From the human T2T-CHM13v2.0 reference genome, Homo sapiens, in assembly GCF_009914755.1 (NCBI RefSeq), contig NC_060938.1: 64,000 nt of DNA; one strand, 5' to 3'. How positions within the stretch are numbered: the first letter of the stretch is position 1; the number at the start of each line of letters is the position of its first letter. Shown piece after piece: positions 53,651 through 64,000 of the stretch. Under the pieces are notes generated by a model. The model did no database searches. It was not told the DNA's origin and saw nothing but the letters and a program-made list of their open reading frames with translations. The position numbers and the translations under genes are program-made.

Positions 53651-54302
53651 CAGCAGAATGTCTGATCATTTCCCTTTCTCCAGTGCACAGTTACCCTTGT
53701 AAAAGGCTAGAGGTCTCCTTGGGGAAGGATGGGAGAAAGACTCTCTGCATAAATTATCAGTAATGTAGTGGGTTCCTTCCACAAGGAGACTCAGGCTCCC
53801 CTTCATTCAAGGGGTTTTGCATCTGTAAAACGACTCAAGTCTGGAAATTGATTGACGGACCATGATTTTCTGTTTTTATAATTCAAATTAGTCTTTTGTC
53901 CATTTGACCTATAAGTTTTCTGCTGACATAAATTAAGTAGGAATGCAGTAGACTTCCTATCAATTTCACTTCTAGGAACACCATGATTAATTAGCCAATG
54001 CCAGAGCTCCACATGAGTCAGACTATTCAGACATATAGTCTAAGCTATTATGTATAGAGTCACTAAACTTCTTGCCTCTCACAAGTGGTGAATCAGCAGT
54101 GTCAAGTGTGCTTATTTTGCATAACTCTCTAAACAGTTCACACCAAGGACTATCAGTGTTCTCCATACTATTGGAAGTTGAGTCCTTAACATTTTGGGGT
54201 TTAATCTTATTAAGCAGCCAACCCCAGAAACCCCAAAACTAACATAAGAACTCCATCCTTAATATTCAGTTCCTCTAGAGCCACCCCACTTCTGGTACCA
54301 AA

Positions 54303-54762
54303 ATTAGTCAGGGTTCTCTAGAGGGATAGAACTAAGAGGATATATATAATAAACTCATATATATATATGAGTTTATTAAGTATTAACTTATATGATCACA
54401 AGGTTCCACAATAGGCAAGCTGAGGAGCAAGGAGACCCAGTCTGAGTCCCAAACCTGAAGAATGTGGAGTCCAATGTTCAAGGCAGGAAGCATCCAGCAT
54501 GGGAGAAAGATGTAGGCTGGGAGGCTAGGTCAGTCTAGCTTTCTCATGTTTTTTTGTTTGTTTTTGTTTTTCTGCCTGCTTTATATCCTGGCTGCACTGG
54601 CAGCTGATTAGATGGTGCCCACCCAGATTAAGGGTGTGTCTGCCTTTCCCAGCCCACTGACTCAAATGTTAATCTCCTTTGGCAACACCCTCACAGACAC
54701 ACCCAGGATCAATACTTTGCATCCTTCAATCCAATCAAGTTGACACAGTTTTAACCATCATG
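54303..54762 (-). mobile_element. 5' LTR of HERV-L (MLT2A1/2)
   Basis: Homologous to 49548-50048; a few terminal bases next to the PBS are lost. Confidence 0.95.
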
Positions 54763-55819
54763 AGAGGAAAGTACACTTATATTTACATAAACTATTTTTT
54801 TATTTTCCTCTTTTTACAAAACATGTTTTCAACCAGGACAGATATCTTCATTAGCTCTCCCTTTTCATTACTTGTATTTTCCCACTGTCATTCTTTTTCA
54901 TTTTCCATGTTAAATTGTGTGAATAATTAAAGTTGGACTTTTAATTTTCTTTTCTGGGCATGGTTCCATTGTTTTATTTTATGAAAATTCACAGTGGTTA
55001 ATATGGCAAAAATATCCCTAGAGTCTAAAAATTAAAATCAAACAAATCCTATCCATCTTGTGCTCTAATGAAACATTGAACTCTAGCAATTGCTTCCTTC
55101 TAGCAGCAGCCTTCTAGCAGTGTATGTCAGGTGTGTTACAATTTTATCATCCTCCTTTTCAAACTCTGATGGCTCCGTGTTTTGACAGATAACCGAACTT
55201 GGTGTTATGTGTTCAGCAAATGATGTATTCTTCATGGGAGACACTCACAAGTTGACAGTCAGTGTTGGGTCACATGATGATACTTTCTACCTAAATAGAA
55301 ACACAATCCAACCGTTTCAATAAAATGAAACGATTTGATTCTATCTAAGCCTTCTCAAAACACTGCTAAACATTCCAACTGAAATAGTATCCAGTTTTAA
55401 CTCACCAAAATGCTTTAAGGGGTACTGCTCCAATGTTAAAATTGATATATCATTGTAACTATTAATCACAGATGAAGTAAATTTAAGATATTAGTTAAAA
55501 GGTCATAAAATTATCTGCTGTGATACCTGTACATGAAAATCATTGTAAGCCTCCAGTGAGGCAGTAAAATACTGGAAGTTCCACTGTGTCACACACGTGA
55601 AACTGTTAATCTGATCTGAATTGAAACAATTGTAAATATAGGGAATATTTTTGAGAGTTAGTAAGCAGATAATTTGAGTGACGAATTATGTATAAAAAAC
55701 AACTTTTAAACATTTTTAATAAAGATCATTTACTACAGTCCTAGCAACAAGATTATTCAATTATATCCAACAATCAGAAATATGATCATGATCATCATTA
55801 TAATCAGTAAGATAATCAC

Positions 55820-56083
55820 TTTGTTTTTCCTTTGGCACGGAGTCTCACTCTATCACCCAGGCTGGAGAGCAGTGGTCCAATCTGGGCTCAATGAAACCTC
55901 TGTCTCACTAGTTCAAGCAATTCTCCTCCCTCAGCCTCCCTAGTAGCTGGGACTACCAGCGTACACCACCACACCCCGCTAAATTTCTCTATTTTTAGTA
56001 GAGACAGGGTTTAGCCATGTTGGCCAGGCTGGCCTCAAACTCCTGACCTCAGGCGATCCACCCACCTCGGCCTCCCAAAATGC
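55820..56083 (-). mobile_element. Alu (S-type), 5' ~35 nt missing
   Basis: acggagtctcactctatcacccaggctgg...cctcggcctcccaaaatgc, then departs from consensus. Confidence 0.93.
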
Positions 56084-56304
56084 CACTTTGGGATTTAAGT
56101 GGGAGTGTAAGAGCAGTTCAAATCCAGCACATTCAGTAAGACCATACATTTGTACTTTATGTGTTATTTGTGAGTATTATTGCTAGGAGCAAAGCCTCAA
56201 TTTCTGAAACACTATTATTTGCCCTATCTTAAAATTGATTGATTCTTTTTTAACTTCTGGGAAAAAGTGCAAAGCATTAAATTAGCTGATAGCATATATT
56301 TGTC

Positions 56305-56720
56305 TTTTAAAAATCAACTTTATTGCTATATATTGTGTATAATAGAATGCATCCATTTTCACTGTACAGTTCAATGTTGATACATATATACACAATTTTA
56401 ACCATCACTTTAATCCAGATTTAGGTAATTTCCACATCCCATAAAGCTTCCTATTGCCCCTTAACTGTCTTCCTCACCCCCCTACCCTCATGCCTTTCTA
56501 CCCTAGGTGACTACTCATTTGATTTTTATTACTAGAGATTCATTTTATCTATCCTAGATATTCATATATGTGGAATCATAATTTGGTGATTTGTGTCTAA
56601 CTACTTTTGCTTAGCATAACATTTTAAAGATTCATTCATTTTTCTGCATGCACCAAATGTTTGTTGCCTGTAATTGCTGAGTACTATAAATATACCACTA
56701 TTTGGTTATCTATGTTTGTC
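56305..56720 (-). mobile_element. Ancient L1ME/MD 3' end
   Basis: caactttattg...tgtacagttcaatg...accatcact...tggaatcata...cttagcataacatttt. Confidence 0.8.
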
Positions 56721-56729
56721 TTCTGTTTC

Positions 56730-57618
56730 AGATAGTTTTGTTTCGGAACTCCCTCACTTCTCTTTGGTATCTTAGACTGAACATGTTTTAAATTTGATTT
56801 CTAATCCTTCTGAAAGCTCAAAAATTTGTATCCAATTTTGTACTTGAATTTCCTCTTGAGTCTTCCTGCTCCTTCACCCTTCTGATAAATTACCAATAGT
56901 GCAGACTAAACCCCTCAAATCTATATCAAACATGTGCTCTATTTCTCAAATATCGATTGAGACAATTCCAATTTTAGCTACCAGCATGTCTTACTAGGTA
57001 TTTGGTAACTGTTTTATAACCAGTCTCCTCAAATATAGTCTTGGGACTATATTGGAGACCCAATCTATTATTTCTCCATCTACCACAGGGTCAGTTTTTA
57101 GAAAGAAAATATTTCCCTGCTTACAGTCTTTCAATCATCTATTTTAATCATAGAAGAGAGTGAATATCACGAATAAGGTGTACATAGCTCTTGATTAATT
57201 CATTATTCTAGTGGACTGTCATCCTTCCTTACTAAATTTCACCTTTGGTTCCCTTATTCAGTACCTTCCTCCCACAGGACCATTGGACAAGTTTCCTACC
57301 TTATTTGTATGCATAATTCCTACTTACTTTTCAAATTTCAGCCAAAAATTACTTTGTCAGGGAGACCTTTCTTGAGACTACTGTTTACATGAGCCTCTTT
57401 TGTGAAAGGTCACGTATCATCCTGCATCTTGTTTTTTTCTCATCCTTCTTTTTGGCCATAACACAATTATTAATGCATTTGCTTAATATCAATGTCCTTA
57501 TGTAAATGCTTGTATCTGTAAGGAGAGATGTCATGTTCATTTCATTTATCTCTATATACATTGCACTTAACAAAGTACTGAAGTATTTTCATTTCTTAAC
57601 AATTGTTTGTTGAATGAA
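56730..57618 (+). mobile_element. L2 LINE 3' region
   Basis: gaacatgtttaaatttga, cagggagaccttt and terminal ttgttgaatgaa. Confidence 0.75.
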
Positions 57619-57994
57619 CTGTGATGGAGATGGGTATTTGCAATTGGCTATATCAGTGACCTGTGCTGAGAGATCATGGGAGAAAGAAAGAAGGTAAGAC
57701 CTGAAGAAATATGGAGAGAAATACAAAGAGAATGGACCCTGTGGCGATGAAGAAAAAAGTGTTATTATGCCTTTAAAGAAAAAAAAAAAAACTCACATTC
57801 ATTTGTTACTATCATCCGATGAGGGAATGCTCCAAAATATCCACATTAAAGCACCTCCCTCATCCTTAATAGTGGTAAACTAATAATCTATGTTATTTAG
57901 AGAATAATGATATCAGAGTTTATAGCTAAAATAATGAGATAGTTGTTCATGTCTTAAATAGAGCATGAACATTATCCCGTTTTGAACAACAAAA

Positions 57995-58290
57995 TGAGTG
58001 GAGACCAGCACATGGGCTAAACTATAAATTAGATCTCTGATAAACAGTACTACCTGTGAAACATAACGTGTTACACTGGCACTTACTAGCTATGTGATCT
58101 AGGATTGTTATTAAACCCCTCCCAGACTGAGTTTTATGATTTGTGTAAGATAATTTTCATTTCGTAACATTGTTTATGAGGTTTAGGTGAGGTAATATCC
58201 TTATTAAGACCATGACACAGAAATTTCACATATATATTTAGAAATGCAAGGCTACTGATACTGCTATTGTCATTGATAGTATTATTGTGC
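57995..58290 (+). mobile_element. MIR
   Basis: ggcacttactagctatgtgatctagg...ttaaacccctc...gtaagataat. Confidence 0.65.
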
Positions 58291-58434
58291 AGATGTTCCT
58301 GTTCTGTCACTATCATTGCCATTATCACTAGAAGAACACTTGGCTAAGGGTTAAGAAATTCTGTTCTTTCTCAAAAATGGACAGACGAATTGTTGGGCAA
58401 ATTCATTAACCTCAAATTCAACGCTATTATCTTT

Positions 58435-58741
58435 ATTTATTTTATTTTATTATTATTTTTTTGAGACAGAGTCTTGCTCTGTCTTCCAGGCTGCAATGCA
58501 GTGGTGCAATCTCAGCTCACTGCAAACTCCTCCTCCTGGGTTCAAGCAATTCTCTGCCTCAGCCTCCCGAGTAGCTGGGACTACAAGCACCCACCACCAT
58601 GCCCGGCTAATTTTTGTGTTTTTAGTAGAGACAAGGTTTCACCAAGTTGGCCATGCTGGTCCTGAATTCCTGACCTTGTGATCCACCCGCCTCGGCCTCC
58701 CAAAGTGCTGGGATTACAGGCGTGAGCCCTGGTGCCCAGCC
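58435..58741 (-). mobile_element. Alu (AluSg-like)
   Basis: Full dimer, gaccttgtgatcc deletion; 16-bp TSD caa(c/t)gctattatcttt at 58419-58434 and 58742-58757. Confidence 0.95.
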
Positions 58742-59477
58742 CAATGCTATTATCTTTTTAAAAAAGTGATTAGTAGTATAATCACTCAAAATAAAAGTTT
58801 TTTTGTGTGTGAATAAAATGAGTAAACTAATGTGAAGGCAATTTGAACATTGTACATTACTATTGTTAGAGTTAGACCACAGCTTGGAATCACTAATTTG
58901 AAGCAAAGCTCTAGTAAGAACAAGTTCATACATTGAATTCATTTTGTCCAATGGCCTGGAAGGGTGATCTTAACTGGGCACTAGCCCTTGTGCATGTTTT
59001 CTGTAGATAACAGAGCAAAAGTGATACTTTAAAAAAATGTACGTATTTATTAGCACAATCTATAAACCATTTTGGGTGAAAACAATATTCTAATAGAGAG
59101 GTTCTAAAAGATATTAGTTACTTTGGCTTTAATGTGCTAATTTTATTACCTCCATCACTTCATGTAAATATTCTTGTGTTGCCATCTACATTCATTTTCG
59201 TAAGGGAATCCTCAAGTGTTTGCAGGCCTAAGTTTGGTCTGTAAACCACTGCCTGGTTACCTCCCTGACTGATAGCTTTGAAAATGTGTCAACAGTTTTC
59301 GTGTTTTACATTTTATCATAGTGCCAAGCATAATATAATATTTATATTCCCTGTACATACAGGTTTTTTTTTTCATTGTAGAAAAGAAAACAAAATCTGG
59401 TTTAGTTAATTTTGTTCTTGCAGAATTTAATCAGTTTCACATGGAACTTCTTTACTTATTTATGGGAGACAATGTTT

Positions 59478-59700
59478 TGTGGTGGAAAAATATGGACCTG
59501 AAGTCAGCGGAACCTCTGTTTGAGTACTAGCTCTGCCACTTAATGATTTTGGACCTTAGGGAAGTTACCTGTGCTTTTTAAACTTTTGATTCTTTTTTCT
59601 GTAATAGTGGGACAATAATAATAGCCACTTTACACATGGATAATAGCCACCTTAGGCATGGATATTATAAGTAAATAAATAAATAAGATACTATGAGACA
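59478..59700 (+). mobile_element. MIR
   Basis: gtggtggaaaaa...gaagtcag...tttgagtactagctctgccactta...gaccttagggaagttacct. Confidence 0.8.
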
Positions 59701-60364
59701 TTCAAACATAAATGCCACACAGGAACTGAGACTGCTCAGGGAACAAGAGATCTAGATTCATTGTATCTTTGCTTGGTTGGATATGCATACGGAAGGGAAT
59801 GGTGGTCACAATGCCCACACCCATTTACTCATAGAGCAGTCAAATGCTAGCACAGTAAGGAATTGACTATTCAGTTCTAGAGATAAGGGAGTGACACGTC
59901 ACTTTACAGAGCACCATTGCATCCACAGAGCAGGAAGAGAGAAGGTGTTAACTGATATACATAAAAGTCATCTGAATGTGTGCCAGGCAGTTGGAGCCCT
60001 TGACCTACGTAGAGTAATATATTTGTATAAAGACTACTTACAGACATATGGGGTCTTGTAGTTTGAGTCTGCAATTTAAGATATACTGCAACTTACTGCT
60101 TTTAATGTGAAGAGGGTCCAGTCATTTTTGTAGTAGTACTTCAGTGTTGGGACAACACTTACCTACCTGCTCCTTGTACTTAGGCAGGTGTTAGAGAAAA
60201 ATATCTGTCTACTGTAAGGGGAGGAATGGAAAAGGATCCATTCTGTAGATCCACTCAAACGATCATGGCCAGAGCCATACATACTATTAGAGGACATACT
60301 TAAAACTTCATATGTGACGATGAATTTATCTCATGTTTCAGAAGGCTCCTGAAAGCAAGGGCAT

Positions 60365-60595
60365 TAATATTCACATCTTATTTATAGAACACTTAAAACT
60401 TGCCAGGAAGTGTGGTAAATATTTTTCATGACTTCTCTAATTTATAAAATTTGAGATATAATTATAGCATTTTTACAGAAATATAAATGGATTCTTACAT
60501 CAATTTGTAATAATTTACATAAATTTTACATGGTGGAAACTGGTGGCGCTAAAATTTGAACTCAAGCAACTTGGCATGAGACCCTGTTTTCTTTT
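60365..60595 (-). mobile_element. MIR
   Basis: tttatagaacactta...gccagg...catttttacagaa...aatttgaactcaagca. Confidence 0.65.
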
Positions 60596-63114
60596 ACTCG
60601 GCTGTCAGGGAAGAATTCAAATGACCTGGAAAGGGACGTCACCATAAGCAAGAACACAAGGTGGACTGGGCCTTCGTTGTTTCTGGACGTATCATAAGCA
60701 ACAATTTAAATAAGTCAGAAAACATTTACATAATATTCTAACATACCAACTCCATATGCATTCATATGGATCGGTATATATACTGTATTTCAAGAAAAAA
60801 ATACAAGATGTAGTTTCATGTTAAAATTTCAGTGAAATAACATTTGTGTATGCATATACTATTTCTGGAAGTTCATACATGAAACTGATGTGGTTACCTA
60901 TATGAAACAGTACTAGGTGGACAGTAGTGGGGGTGTACAGAGGAGGTCCTGGCTTTTGTTTTTTTCCTTCAGTTTATTATTTATACTTAAAATAGTTTAG
61001 CCTAAAATTGTTTAGTAAAGGAAAGTATATTTTAAAATTGAGAGAGCACTTTAAACCTTATCTCAAAGTGGTCTACGTTTTTCAAAAACCTTTGTGTTTT
61101 ATGTCTAAAGAAGATTAGTAATATGGGTAGAGGCAGTATTGATTTATGCATACTGCTATCCCCTTAGTATTCTAGGTAATCTCTTGGTTTATTCTATCTT
61201 TGTCAGCAGAAAAGTATAATTAGCATTTAGTCAAGGTATTATTTTTCATCTGGAAATTGAAAATGTGAACTATTTAAAAAAGAAAAGGAGAGACCATTCA
61301 CCTATTTTACCCAAGCAATTTACACTTGCAAAGTGGTAAAGAGGCCAGATTGATAACATTGAACTTGTACATCAGATAATTAAGTTTTAATCTCCTATTC
61401 AAAGACTTCAGCTTAGGGGTCACAGGAATTAAGAAAACTTTTTCTCTTTAATCAGTCTTGGATGATTAGTGACTTTGTTTGTGGAATGATCATTTTCCAA
61501 GTACAGCATTGCAGTGTTAAAATAAAATAGGGGGAAAAGATTAAGGAGTTTAATTTACTTGGCATGTTATAACTGTGTTTATTAAAATACTAAGAATTAT
61601 AGCAAAACTTTATCATTTGTTAATATTACTTTTGCCTCAATAGGGGTTATATTGAGAAAACAATATTCTAGACATAAAGGCCATTGCCAAGCAGTATTTT
61701 TCTTAAAATTTATTTTAATTATTTTTGTAAAATAACCCCGTGGGTACTTAAAATGAAATCTATTTCTTTACTGAAATGTAATTCTTCTCTCACCCTCAAT
61801 AAGCTTTCCATCTCTGGTTTATTATGGCACTGTTGTTCAGGATAAAAAGACGTGTTTGGAACACTGATATATTAATCAGCATACCTTACCCCATAAGAAA
61901 TAGGATAAAGGTGACTGTGTATTATTTCTCAATAAATATTATTTTTGTGTAATGACGCACTTGGGATCCTCCTTCTGGATTTATCATAAAATTAACTGAA
62001 TTTAGCAAATATATGCAGAAACTGTGCTAAATGTAGAAATACATGTCAAATTATGAGAAAAAATACCTTCCCTAAAATAGAATTGAAGTTTTTATAACAA
62101 GATCAATGATTTTAAATCACCAGGTCTTATAATGCTTGCTTTTTAGGAGTTTGTGCTATCTTTTGAAGAATCACTAGGTAATTTTTGCTTTGAAAGCATG
62201 AAAGTCACCAGCAAGTTGGTTTTCACAGGGTTGTAAATAAATACCAAAGAAATATAGAAAGTTTCCTAAGCTTTTGTCATGATGGTGGTATATTATGTAA
62301 TAATAACTTATAAGGTAAACTATCTTTGCTAGGAGAAAAATAGTACTACATTTAAAAAGGGCAAGAACATGTTTATCAGGCCCAGAATAATACTAGGGTT
62401 TCCTGAGAGTTTCAAAATGTACTAAACAGCTTGGACAAAGATGTCTTCTATGCTTCCAAGCAGCAGCTTGTATTACCAGCCTCCTACTGAGATCTCTGCC
62501 CTGTCTAGTAGGATCCATAATGTTTTTGCTGTATTCAGAGTTTTATGTCATATAGTAATTACATGAGACACATATCTTTTAGTTGATTAATTACTGCTTG
62601 TTAGAATTTCCCCAAGTGACCAGATAGACTACTTTGCACGTTGGAAAAGAGCAGGGAACACACGCTGACAAACACAGGACTGAAATATAGGTCTGTAAGG
62701 GGTATGGCTTCAATTGTCTGTTTGCTTTACTCACAATATTCATAAAGTCATTGTGATCTAGGGTCTAACAGATACAGAAATCAACTTTAAACAAAAAACA
62801 AGATAGTTTCTTTATCTTCACACATTGCGAAGACCACAGAAGGATTATATAAAAATTACTAAAGTCACATCATTAAATAGGATCAATTTACTGTGTTATC
62901 TACCCTTACATTAACTCAATATAATTTTTGTAAATGTATTTATAAAACATAAACACTACATAGTTGATTTTTACTAAAAGCTATATGTGCATACTTTAAA
63001 AATTCAATCATGACCGATGGGGTAAGTACAAAACTTGTCCCATAAGACCTCAGGGAATGCTATTTTTCTTTCTTAATTCTCGACTACTTCAATATTTCTA
63101 AATAATATAGGTAT

Positions 63115-63411
63115 ATATTTTTAAAGTTTTATTTTGGGCTCAGGGGTACATGTGTGGGTTAGTTATAGGTAAATTGAATGTCACAGGAGTTTGGTGTACA
63201 GATTACTTCGCCATCCAGGTAATAAGCATAGTACCCAATAGGTGGTCATTCGATCCTCAGCTTCCTCCCTTCCTTAAACACGCCCTGGTGTCTATTGTTC
63301 TCTTCTTTGTGTTCATAATGTACTCAATGTTTAGCTACCACTTATAGTTGAGAACACGTGGTATTTGGTTTTCTGTTCCTGCGTTAGTTCATGTAGCTCC
63401 ATCCATATTGT
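63115..63411 (-). mobile_element. Short L1 3' end (L1PA15/16-like)
   Basis: caggggtacatgtg...ttggtgtacagattac...ggtaataagcatagtaccc...gtatttggttttctgttcctgcgttag; same family as 14020-15055. Confidence 0.9.
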
Positions 63412-63534
63412 TTCTCATTCTAAATCAAGTGTATACAACCTCTGTTGACTTCTTATTCTACTATTTCCACATCAGTTTTTCTTGCTCTCATCATCGATAA
63501 CATTTAATCATTTATGTACTATGCTTGAAAATTC

Positions 63535-64000
63535 CCCTGTTAATTTTAATTTATGTATTTTAACTTTACATGCAGTGAAATTCACTCTTTGGGATATACA
63601 GTTCTTCTACGAGTTTTGACAAAGGCATAGAGTTGTGTATACCACAATAAGAAAAGTATGGGGCAATCCCTCACCTAGAACATGCCCTAGTACTGTCCCT
63701 TTGTAATCAACCCTTTCCCCGGTTTCTAAAACCTGGCATCTATCAATCATTTGTTCTCGTTCCCTATAGTTTCGTCTTTTTCAGTATGTTATACAAATGG
63801 AATTTTGCACGACGTAGCCCTTTGAGCCTGGCTTCTTTCCCTTATCATAATTCATTTGAAATTCATGTTTATTATTACTTGTATCAGTCATTTGCTCCTT
63901 CTTATTGCTGAGTAGTATTCACTGCATGGATTCATCAGGGTCTGTTTTTCTTTACACTGGCTGAAGGGCATCTAGTTGTTTTTTTTTTTTTATTTTTGGA
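63535..64000 (-). mobile_element. Old L1MC/MD/ME 3' end, runs off the window
   Basis: cagtgaaattcactctt...tacagttc...gagttttgacaaa...tggcttcttt...ttattgctgagtagtattc. Confidence 0.85.

Larger units (their letters stand above)
49548..54762 (-). mobile_element. HERV-L provirus with two MLT2A LTRs, gag-deleted, defective
   Basis: LTRs at 49548-50048 and ~54303-54762; perfect TSD agagg at 49543-49547 and 54763-54767; PBS tggtaccagaagtgggg (Leu-like) 54284-54300; PPT aaggggtggact 50049-50060; protease LLDTGS (DTG 53635-53643); RT YIDD 52831-52842; dUTPase GVIDPDY. Confidence 0.97.

Noticed and set aside
60633-60702. Spaced imperfect direct repeat ggacgt(c)a(c/t)cataagcaa with a CRE-like half site
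   Set aside because: Only two ~18-bp copies; insufficient to call a regulatory element.

Overview
AT-rich, CpG-depleted primate genomic DNA, most likely human or another simian (AluJ/AluS, L1PA, THE1 and MLT2A/HERV-L are present). I can support no protein-coding host exon, RNA gene, CpG island or CRISPR array. The ORF track is explained by microsatellites, repeats and chance. The window is an intergenic or deep-intronic transposon graveyard, unusually rich in class III (ERVL/MaLR) retroviral material. It holds (1) an old two-LTR MLT1-type MaLR provirus (~20.56-22.92 kb); (2) a two-LTR class III provirus with a tRNA-Arg(ACG) primer site, an RT YIDD motif and an env-TM remnant (28858-32750); (3) an LTR-less degenerate ERVL-type pol/dUTPase fragment (~32.8-36.0 kb); (4) a THE1 solo LTR; and (5) a gag-deleted HERV-L/MLT2A provirus with a perfect AGAGG TSD and an open dUTPase frame (49548-54762). 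Other content is a CR1/L3 fossil, a mariner transposase fossil, MER20, L2s, MIRs, L1s, seven Alus and many local duplications and palindromes. The best candidates for host function are a non-repeat cluster of HOX/PBX/MEIS/POU motifs at ~17.35-17.62 kb (possible developmental enhancer) and a few + strand non-coding exon candidates. I found no convincing previously undescribed system. Subfamily names are from recalled consensus sequences and need RepeatMasker/Dfam confirmation. Boundaries of old repeats are approximate.
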